Shown: positions 1 to 11,342 of the stretch, in pieces | Layout: each line of letters starts with the position of its first letter | How positions within the stretch are numbered: position 1 is the first letter of the stretch | From: Trichoplax adhaerens | Taxonomy: Eukaryota; Animalia; Placozoa | Length of the DNA stretch: 64,000 bases | Assembly: GCF_000150275.1 (NCBI RefSeq) | Contig: NW_002060945.1 | Span: forward strand, 2,999,172 to 3,063,171 | Reading direction: 5' to 3' | Made by a program: the position numbers and the translations under genes | The notes under the pieces: model-generated | Databases searched by the model: none | Told to the model about the DNA's origin: nothing | Seen by the model: only the letters and a program-made list of their open reading frames with translations

Positions 1-3000
1 GACACGTCGAATTCTGCTTTATCTACTCTAAAATTAGTGCCTAACTGGCCAGCTCAATTCTTCCTAACTGGTGATATTGGAGGTGTGGCGGTCTCGAAAA
101 CAGGAAATGTCTTCATTTTCCATCGTGGCGATCGCCATTGGGAAAGAAAGTAAGGCAATGATTGACTTCGTATGCTACAGTTGATTTAAATTCCTTTACT
201 TCTTATCAGCGTTAGGAACAGAATTAAGATATTATTGTGAATACTTAGTACATACTAAAATTGTCAACATTAGGTCAAAATACCCTAAAAATTATATAAA
301 ATAAAACTTCTCATACAGTATTGGATTGCATTAAAAAATGCAGTATAAGGAGATGGTGTCTATTAGAAAATATAAATGGATATTAGAATATAAAGATATA
401 CGTCATATATATGTATCACATAAGATATTAAAATTGCTCTTTTTGATATATTTACAGTACATTCGATAGCAATTTCAGATTCCAGTTTCGTGGACCGCCT
501 ATTGCTACGGATACAATTATGGAATTAGATCCAGATACTGGAGACGTAGTTCGAAAATTTGGAAAGAACCTGTTAGTCAACATTAATAATTATAATTAAT
601 AACCGTTATCATGTTGGCTTATTAATTAATCTTTACTGTAAAATATTCATGAAACCTGACTTCACATTGATATTTGTCTCTGTATAATTAATCTTTAATT
701 TAATTCTTTTTAACCTAATAAACGCTACAGCTTCTATTTACCCCATGGTATCGCAGTCGATGATAAAAATAATGTTTGGGTTACCGATTCTGCGCTACAT
801 CAGGTAAGTAATTTAATTTTTCTATTATAAATATTTGGAACGCCATCAATTTACTAGGTTGATGAAAAATGTTCTATTCGATGCTATGATAGGTTTATAA
901 ATTTAAAGCAAATAGCAAGCGACCGTCAATGGTATTAGGAGTTAAATTTAAACCTGGGAATGATACAAAGCATTTTTGCCAACCTAGTGGTATTGCTGTA
1001 TCTAAAAAAACTGGAATTATTTACGTAGCAGATGGGTATGTATGTGCCCGTTAAACTATCAGAAAATATTTATTTCTAAATAATTGTAACTGAGTCTGTA
1101 TGTAAATATTTGCAACTAATTGATCGATTCTTTCAATATTCAACGGCTGAGCAGGTATTGCAATAGTCGAATTGTACGATTTCGCCCAGATGGTAGCTAC
1201 CTAGATGAATTCACGCCAATTGGTAATTCACTTTACTTTCTTTCTTGTACTAAACACCTATACTTATATCTTTATATTGAAGTAAAACTTTGCTTTTTCT
1301 ACGTTATATACAGCTTATCACTTTATGAAAAATAGAAAGCAAATTATACACAGCGTAACAATTGACGATGAAAATGATAAACTGTACGTTGTTGACAAAC
1401 GCAACGATATTATTTTCCATATTGATATGAAACATTTGCACTTTATTCCATTTGGCAAAAATAATCGGCTAAAAGTTGTTTCAGCTAAATTTAATCCGGC
1501 ATTTGGTAAGTTGTTATACTGTACTATTGAAAAATTTAGTAACCAATTGAAACCTATATTTCATACCTCTTCTGAACTAATTATTAATGTACATGATCCA
1601 TAGGCGGTGTCTTGTACGCGGTTAGCAAAGAGGGAGATGGAGATAAGCAAATTTCACGTGGCTATACTCTTGATGCTAGTACTGGTAGTGTTATGCAATC
1701 ATGGCAACCCAATCACGAAGTAAGAAGCAGGCAGCATTTGAAACATGCTACTTATACACTCAGCTAACACATCATTGTCATTTTTATAACTGGAACTTTT
1801 TCTAATAGTATTTCGATGATCCCCATGACATCGCTGTCTCACCTGATAATTCAGCGGTCTATGTTGTGGAATTGAAGGGTGGAAGAATACTAAAATTTAT
1901 GTACAATACCCATAACTCTGTCCACAAGCCAACCATGCATGGTAAATAACTTACTCCGTTTTACTCTTATATAGTTTGTATAGCATCAACTAAATCAAAT
2001 TTACATATGACTCGCCGCCTACTGTATATTTTAGGGACGACTAAAAAATGCACTCAAACTTGCGTTCAAACGTACAGTCCGGTTTGTGGTAGCAATGGAC
2101 AAACATACACCAACCAGTGCTTATTAGAGCATTTTGCCTGTATTCAAAATTTAACCATTACAAAAGTTGAAGAGGGTCCGTGCCCAATCCCAACGACACG
2201 TAAAGCAACCCCCAAGCCGAAGCCAAAACCTACAACTAGCAAACCGAAACCTAGTAAGAACGATTTACATGCATGAAACAACTTTTTAATTAAATTACTG
2301 TATTGCTATAAATAATCTATGCTGTTAATTTTGTTAACAATCCCATAACGTTTTTGCTCTCCCTTTCCTAGCGGAATCATGTAAAGATGATTGCCCAAGA
2401 ATTTACGACCCTATCTGCGGAAGTAATGGTAAAACATTCGATAATGAATGTTTAATGAAGTATACAATATGCAAAACAGGTCAAATTATTGAATTTCTCA
2501 TTTTGGCCCTTGCAAGCGTCAAAATACGCAACCGAAGCCAACAGGTAACAGAATAATTGCGATTGATAATAGTCTGACGGTTAAATCGGATATGATTAAT
2601 CCACGACGGCACAATTAACTGTCATCGAATTGAAAATAATTATGGTTTTTTGATATATGAAAAGAACGAAAATGTGATCCAATGTGTGTGTACGACCCTA
2701 AAAATTCGAAACAAGTCTGTGGCAGTGATGGTAAAACATACAACAGTGAATGCAGCCTCCGGTATGAAGCCTGTAATAACAGTAAAGTCCTAACTATCCT
2801 TAATCACGGACCTTGTCAAAGCAAATCCAGTTAGTGAGACCTTGTTACCTTAAAATTCATTGTATATATAGTTTTAATAATTTTCTAACAAATGCTAATG
2901 CTATTTCTTACAGCAAATAATATAAAATTATCGACTACTGCAAAGGTTCAAACTAGCAAAGTAACAACCCAGCATGACAAAACTGATCATGCTACTATTT

Positions 3001-3305
3001 CCACAAGCAAACCAGCTGGCTTTTTCAATCTATCGTTTGCTAGTATTGCACTAATGGTATTAGTTTTAGTCGTTGTCGTACCTTTAGCTATTTTTGTTAT
3101 TGTTACAGTCGTATGTCGCTATCGGGCTAACAAACGACGGTCAAGATATTTAAGTCACGTTACTGGCTATAAAGGTCGAAATTCATCAGCTGGTTGTTTA
3201 TGTTGCAAGAAAGGATCATACGGCTTTTTCTTAGATGAAAATCAAGGTTCTTATAAGCGAAATTTATACTTTCCTGACGACGATGACGATGATGACGAAA
3301 TATAA
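1..3305 (+). CDS. PAM: Peptidyl-alpha-hydroxyglycine alpha-amidating lyase (PAL domain of the PAM family, NHL beta-propeller) + 3 Kazal domains + TM helix + acidic cytosolic tail; 5' end lies outside the window
   Basis: Approximate exons: 1-149, 458-571, 731-803, 893-1035, 1155-1222, 1314-1506, 1604-1719, 1809-1941, 2035-2252, 2371-2545, 2665-2829, 2914-3305. They encode WPAQFFLTGDIGGVAV..FIFHRGDRHW, FYLPHGIAVD..WVTDSALHQV, HFCQPSGIAV..YVADGYCNSRI, IIHSV and FDDPHDIAV (all PAL motifs), then three CxxxC...VCGSxGxTYxNxC...GPC-type Kazal repeats, a hydrophobic helix and DDDDDDEI-stop. One 1-nt frameshift is needed at about 2495. Confidence 0.92.
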
Positions 3306-5066
3306 TTATAGTTCTTATTCTCATAATTAAATACGTGTAATAGCATTAAGGCAACATATTGTATAGAACTTAAATTTTTACTGTAATGGAGACATACTGG
3401 TGATCAAATACCTTAAAGCTTTATCGTCTTTATGCACTATCGGTCTGATTAATTCAGTCGCTTTCGAATTTAGACGATATGCACGGTACTCTTATGTTGA
3501 ACTTATGTACAAAATGACAACAGTAACCTTAATTGAACCGTGATAGCTATCTTAACTATATCCCAAACAGGTTAAACTTTTTTATGTAGCAAGTACTTAA
3601 TTATTCGTTTGAGGCTGATTAAATCAATAATACTAATGATATAACCAAAGATAGTCAATTTCCGTTTGTGGTGTAAGAATACCGTCAAGTTGATAGTTAT
3701 TAATGAGTAATTTCCATTCAGAAGCACACAGAATGTAACAACATTGTATCTAAAGTTGTAGTCACCACGATAAATTATCATTCGTAATTGTATTTTCATT
3801 GAAATTGATCTGAAAGTATATTTATCATTCTATATACCTAAATTGAATATTTTACTATTGCTATTGTAAGGCATGATTAATAATACAAAAAATCATAAAT
3901 TCTTTAAAATTACAACCTAAACTTTCAACTAATTCTATCCTAGAAGTGACCTGAATGTGGTGTGGTTAATTTTAAGATCTTTCAAGTTTTTTTCAAATCA
4001 TAAATCCTAATAGTCATATAGTACAACTATATTAGCATTTATTTTAGTTCTGGAATTAATCAATGTTTAAGTACATCATAGTTTCGTCCAGTTAATTTTG
4101 ATCTTTCCGCTACGCTAAAATTCACGAACGTAACTTTGTATCCATTCCCATAAAATCTTTATTCGCATGAGTAGTAACAATTTGCAGCCACTTATTTTAA
4201 TTGTTAGCTTCATTGGCCGGTCAGAAATTGTTAATTGCCCATTAGAGGATTGGAACTTAACGTTTACTCAGTTTATCGAAGGGCCATTCAAGATCCATAG
4301 TTTCTATATACAGTAAAATGTTTCAAACATGAAATCCTGTTATTGTTGCAATCATCCCTTGCGCTTGGCTATTAATATATATACTCGTATACGTACTGCA
4401 TTGCCTATTCTATGGAAACGATAACTGCATTACTCAATGTTATAGCACTTTGGCAGTTTAATAACTTAATAAATAAAATCATCAAATATTGGTGTAAAAG
4501 GTTTGTATAAGATTAGAGCAAATCGTCTATTTTAAAAAAATAACCAAAATATGAAAGTTATCCTCTTACTTGAAAATTCTTTTAGTCGCTGATGAGCTAT
4601 TTCTCGATTGAGTTCTATATTTGAGCCAACTAAAAAGATAAAAATAGCGAAGAGGATTTATATTATAATATATCTATTAGGGTTACTTTTATTTAATGTA
4701 TAAACATTATATTGAGAGGTTTCGTAGCGTGTTTTAAAAGTTATTACCATTGCGATAATCAAGCCGATCATGTTTCAATTGTACGTTAAGAATTGAATTA
4801 GCGGATCCCGACAACGATTTGGTGCTGTCTATATTAATTTAAAAAATAAGGATATTTCATTACAAATACCCATTTGTAATACTAATTATTAAAAGAATTT
4901 TGATGAGAATAGCATCAGCCTGTGACATCTACTTACCGAACAGATTTTGTGATTTATGAATACTTTTTTTTCTATCATTGGTTGGATCTTATCAATATGT
5001 TTCAATTTCACGCGTATATTATTATTAGGTAAGAAAATAACTTATAAATACAATTACCTCAAAATG

Positions 5067-5116
5067 NNNNNNNNNNNNNNNNNNNNNNNNNNNNNNNNNN
5101 NNNNNNNNNNNNNNNN
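5067..5116. other. Assembly gap (50 N)
   Basis: Run of N characters. Confidence 1.
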
Positions 5117-5937
5117 TGCATTTCGTTCCGATTATCTTCGTCGTTCGCTGTGATAGTATAAGGTAGCAGTATAAATCCGATTGAAAAATTTACGCTAGAC
5201 TTTGAGTATACCACAAATATGAATATTGCGTAAAGTATTCTTATAAAATGTTGTTACTATTTCTATAGTTTAGCATATGTTAGAGAAAATACTAAATTTA
5301 ACCATTACAGATTTACATGCTAGTAAGAATCATTTAATAATCTTACCTATTTCATCTTCATTATTACGCGAATAAGGTTCAGAAGATCTTCTAACTGATT
5401 ATTAATTCAGAAAATAGATTGAAAACAGAGTCACTTTAAAGAATTTGATTGAAAATTAGTCCCTTTCTTTTATGTTTACTTATATGTAATACTGACACGT
5501 AAAAAAAATTCTACTTGTGTAAATCAAAATCACTTAGAAAATGAGATAAATTACTCAATACCGTACGTTAACGACCCATTACACCAGAGAAAATTATCAA
5601 TCATACAGAAAAGTACATTATGTATTCCAGCATGTCATTCCTACTTCAATTCATCAAGTTACTATTCTGTAGAAAAACTGAACGACTTGTTTATTATGCA
5701 TAATACTATAGAGCATAGCAGGAATAGAACTGGATGGGGAATGTAAATTGATGGTGATTAGATCAGATATCATTGGTTTAGAGATACATTATGTTATTCA
5801 AACTAATCATTACTATAAGCAGCAATATCTCAATACAATAATAGATTAAAGTATAAAAGTTAGAATAAGAAAAGAATTCGCTAAATTCGCATTAATGGCT
5901 GAGTTAATAAGATGCTTAAGCAACGAATAAGATAAAA

Positions 5938-8900
5938 TTATAACGTACTAGATGCTCTTTTCAATGCCCAAAAAGAGAGATCTTCTGATGCCTGTCGAGA
6001 CGCCATTTGTGGAGTTAAGTGATACGGATATTTCTATTTACAATAAAAATTGCAGCCACCGGAACATTAAAATTTTAAGTACTTTTAGTCCTTTACTACA
6101 AATGTTATTGTTGTGAAAGATGTATTTAATTTATTGTTATTCCGAATCAGTATTATGCTTTATAATTCTACAGCTATATTGTAATGTAGCTAGCTGCCGG
6201 AGAGATGCTGAAATAACCGCACAAGCAATATCAATTAGATGCTGGTATAGCAAATATCACATAAGCCAAAGTTTACCTGCAAGTGCAAAATACATTTACT
6301 CTCAGTAGTAATGACGGAATAGCTTACCCGATTATCTGCCGGTGAAGATGAGTTTGTTGCAAATCGACTAACATACTTTTTATTTTCGGATTGTATCCTT
6401 AGAGAATCTTGAGAACTGGTCAGTTTCGGGCTGGCATTAGCTGGCGATCCGGGTGTTATTTTACACGAACTGTTTACGCGAGTCCTTTCTTCTGGTAACT
6501 TATTATGATTGGCGTCATCGTCGAATACACAACTAAATTATAATAGATCATAACAAGATAAAATTATTTTTAATCCGTAATTGAAGTCTGAATATAGTAA
6601 TTATTTTAGAATATCAGTAAAGAAAGAACTATAAAATACCACTCTCTATCAAAACATTAATGTCAGTCATTGTAACTATACACTTACACGATACACCCTC
6701 CAATAGATCATCGTTTTTAGTAATATTTTAACATACAGTACACGTATATGTAGTATATATGTGCTCAAAGTAATTTAAAACCCCTAAATGGCTGATTTAT
6801 AATTTTGCATGATGTAAAGTATAATATAATATTCTATATAATCTTACGTAAGTATAGCATGACACAGTAGATTATTTTCCATAACTTGCAAAATATTCCC
6901 GAAATTAAAAAACTCATAAATAACTAAATCGTAAATACAGTACAGTATAAAAATAAGATGATTGATTATTTTGCATTACTTTCGAAATATCTCATAGTGT
7001 TATATTTAATCACTTGTAGTTGATCAGTGATACTATATTAGCTTACTTTATACTGCAAACGGCTAATTTGTGATAATTAATTAGTCATAACGTTTTGCAC
7101 ATTATTTACAAAATATTTGATGCTGTCTGAACTTACTCATTCACTGGATTAAGAAAGTCAAAGTTTTGACAATCATAATTTTTAGCATTGGGGCTTGTAG
7201 AAGATGACGAAGAAAACTTCTTGGAAATGGACGACCAAATGGATGTTGTCCAACTTTTTCTACGTCCTGAGCGCCTATCATCAGAATTTTTCATGTATCT
7301 CGATGCACGTGTAGGCCTCAACGGTACCACTCCAGCTAATTGCTGGTCAGGTGTTGAAGCCAATAAATCATCAACAGCTTTCGACGGATTAGCTACAGAA
7401 TATCAACATGAACTTGAATTTATAGGATTGGCTATAAGAGTACTTTTTTAAGCATATTGATAATGTCATCATTGATATAGTTAAGCCAAGCTTTACTATT
7501 GTAGTGCTATTCATAATTTACTATACATTTACGTAAACATGAACTCCAATGATTGGCTTCACGAGCATTACTCCTATTATGTTAAGGGGGCTTTTCAAGT
7601 CTTATCGGTACTAAAGTACTCTTCTTAATCGACTGAATAAGATCCGATACCGTACTACAACTGCATACAAAAACCTAATAATTTTCTTTTCTCTGATAAC
7701 GTAAATTATACGCCGATTGCTTAAGTAAATTACCATTAGTATAGGATTTAACTAAATTATGACGAAATTCGTCCGTTTTTAATAATAAAAAATATCATAC
7801 CAGAACTGCTAAGTCCTCCACTACCGGTAATATGTCTTGTTGTAGCTGAGACATTATAACGCTGTTGAAATCCTCCCATCCTCAAATCCTATTTAAATAT
7901 TAAAATCAAATCAGAATTAACATTATTAAAATAAATTGCGAATTCTACATACAGATATATATTAAACTATGCTAATTTCATCAGCCTGAGCACTTTAGGG
8001 TTCATTACTTCCAGGTGAAGAGATAGAAAGGCAGTAGTTATTAAGAGTCATGTAGGACTGTCAAATCGAATTTAGCGCTATTCATTCTCTTCATCAACTA
8101 GTAAACTATTCTTACATGATATTAATATAGTCTTGCGTAATTAAAATTACAAGATTAGAATTATAAGAAGCTATTATGATTATCCACAAAATAACTAGCT
8201 GTCATAAAGCGTCGAAATATCATGCCGGCAGTATTCCAGGGGAAATTATTCGATTTGAATCAAACAATGATCCATGCTGACTTAAATACTGGAGATGACA
8301 TATCAAAATCCTTAAAAACTTCAAATTGAACTGGACGTTTATAATTTTTGAATCATTTGCCTTAGATTAATATTAATTTATCGACTTATGCCAAAAATAA
8401 ATTAATATTCATCAGAAGTGGCATGGAGTAATACAGCTGCGAATTACACCATTGAAACTATCTCAAAGATGGAAATAACTCAAAAATCGATTTTATTGAA
8501 CAAAGAAAGCAACTATAAAACAAGATATAACATTAGCATATTTAATCTCTAAACTTTTAACGACACTGCAGTAACTACGTTCCCTCACTAATACTACAGT
8601 ATTTGTAATTAAAATCATGTCTAGTAATATTCCAATAAGTACCGTATTCTAGATCAATAATGGAATTTACACTTTACTATATCAATTCTAATAGTTGTTA
8701 TACTGTGATAATACAAAAAGACACGTACCGTAATAATTAGTACGCGTATAATTTGACCGCTAATGCAATTACTGCTTACTAACCATTAATAAGTTATTCA
8801 ATTTCGTCATCCATTCACGGTAATGATCTAAATCGCGTGTACCCAATAAATATTTCCTATCATTGGTCAATAATTCCATAACATGCAAGTCTCCTTTACG

Positions 8901-10448
8901 TCGTTTACCAGGTGAAATTGATTTGATCGTATCGAAATGAATAATGCCTATAAATCAATAATTGTAAGAATATAGTAAAAAATACAGCAAAATAAGTGTA
9001 TAGTAAAATTCGAAAAGAAGCAATATTTCCTCCTATCTATGCATCGATTAACTTAAAAATATTTGGATTGATGCTGTGTCAAAAAATTTGACATGACCAA
9101 ACTTGAGTTCATCGCTTACTTGATTGATAGAAATTACGTGTACGCGGGTACATGAATACCGACAACTGGGCGCATGTTAAAAGAGGCTATGGTATGGCGA
9201 CAACGATATGAACTATTCATAGCAGTTTAAAACTACAGGCGATTTTTCTAAGCTTCTTCTTAATATTACACTGGTTCAAACATCTGATTAAAAATTTTCG
9301 CTGGTATTTAATTCTTGCCAAAGTATACAGATCAGCTGAAGAAAAATATTTCTAGGTAAGCAAAGTACAATATGTATCTTCTCATGGTTTTCAAAGTCTG
9401 TACACTCTATGTTAGAGGCAAGAGCTAATAGCTTTATCTCAATGGTGCAAGGATGTATAGGACTGATATACCGACAAAGAGATATGGACAGGGATCATAG
9501 AGAATATTTATGAGCTCTAATAATAAAATAGTATAGTATAGGCGGTTAGTTGCACCAAGTTCATCATCAATCTTTATCAAAAGACTAATATAACTGTATG
9601 AAAAAGATAGTGACTAAATCATATTATATAAAGGTACTACTGTAGAACTAAACATGCGGCAGTTATGTTAATCATCTCTTATAAAATTTACAGTGAAGTG
9701 GCTACTTATATCTACCTATATTGCATCACTAATCACCTGTCAAAGGCTAAGGATGAGGCAAAAGAATAATGACTAATACTTCAGAAAGAGTAACAAAAAA
9801 ATCAGATAGAATAGTTCATTTATAAATGATCGAGTAAAACAATTTAGTCGTAGCGATAGTTACTTCAAATCAAGAATGATATCGCTAAGCATTATGATTG
9901 TAATCTTTAAGTACTCGGTAAGTCAAATAAATTAATTATTGCCCTATTTACTACCCCTACTTATCTAGATCATCTCATAATGTATGTACATGTATAAATA
10001 TTCACGTAATGTATATAAGTACCGATAAATTTATTGTAAGTATGTCTATGCAATGTACGGCTTGCAATAAAATATTTACAGCTTCGATAGCTATTAGAAC
10101 AACTCCCACAATTAAAAAGCCCAAACACGTTCGGTAACTTGATATAATCTTTTAAAGCTTTTTATTTTACTCTATTTATTGGCTATAAAGCCTACAATTA
10201 TTAAATGAACATGAATAGTAGCAAAGTGACCCACTTGATACAATTTTACCTGCATACTCTTTTCCATTTGTCCAGGCATCTTTATCTTTGTAATACTCCA
10301 ATCGCACTAGTTTTGACCCATCCGCCATTACACGCTCTGAATCTAATAAAACGAACCAGCGATTTCGCCATAATAGAGATGATTTATTTTCCAATGGAGC
10401 CTTTTTTAAGTAACCGCAATGAACGACTTCTCGTCTTGCGGATTGCAT
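5938..10448 (-). CDS. N-terminal PH-domain adaptor protein (Gab/DOS-like PH) with low-complexity Ser-rich tail
   Basis: Exons about 10448-10250, 8947-8784, 7889-7801, 7392-7137, 6532-6328, 6033-5938 join in compatible phases. The PH domain reads VVHCGYLKKAP..WRNRWFVL..RLEYYKD..GIIHFDTIKSI..MELLTNDRKYLLG..REWMTKL. The protein ends ..KRASSTL*. Confidence 0.8.
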
Positions 10449-11342
10449 ATTTGATTTTAAGAAAATTTAATAAATTGTAGCCAACTATAGCAGATTTATC
10501 GCCATCAAGGCCTAATCTAATAGGATACCATTTCTACTATCTTAATCTTCATACGTACACTTCCAACAGTTTGCTATTGAGTACCTTATATGTACACTGT
10601 CGGTATGACTCGACGTACATACCGGCAAGAACTTTGTACCAAAATTACGAATTCAATTTGACTACGCTTTACCAAAACCTATAGACCTGATGTTATATAT
10701 AACGTATATCAAGAATTTTGCATAGTCTCTACGCAGGAGGTCGTATATTTGCAACTTTAGACGGCACGCGCATACGATTAATGTAATCAATTTTTTGGTG
10801 ACAACGTCAACAAAATTTGTATCTAAAGTCTAACCCAACTGCATAAACAAATTCGAATTCCCTATTAAACACCACCAATGCTGTATTGCGAACGCGTAGC
10901 TGTCATTAAATCCCAATGAACTAGACTATTTATCTAGTGTGCTGTATAACCACGAAAGACTCGTATCGTAACAACGACTTTTACGTGTGCATATAAATGG
11001 GCCAACCAACTCGAACAAAATTTAAACACACACATTATGGTAGTCAATATCAATAGTTTCAACACGTGCTTACGTCATAAGCCTCAGCATCAAGCTGTTT
11101 ATTTTATTATGTCCGTAAGTGCTTGGATATATATTCATAGTTAGTACCATCAAGCACAATTCTCGAATGTAGCCAACGCCATTTTTACAAAGCTGTTTAA
11201 ACAATAACAGCTACCGAAAATAAAATACAGCGATAGGAACGATTTACGAAAAAACATACAGTGGATATCAATTTAGTGATTATTACAGTAATCTGGAGCT
11301 CGATCTGAGTAAATAACAGCGAAAAAATTTTTATTTGCAGAT

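Noticed and set aside
4080-4300. Possible coding remnant on the minus strand
   Set aside because: All frames are interrupted and no family is recognisable
4956-5153. ORF spanning the N run
   Set aside because: Artefact of the assembly gap
7188-7451. Plus-strand 87-aa ORF (and similar antisense ORFs at 10205, 50831, 51016)
   Set aside because: Shadow ORFs opposite real minus-strand exons
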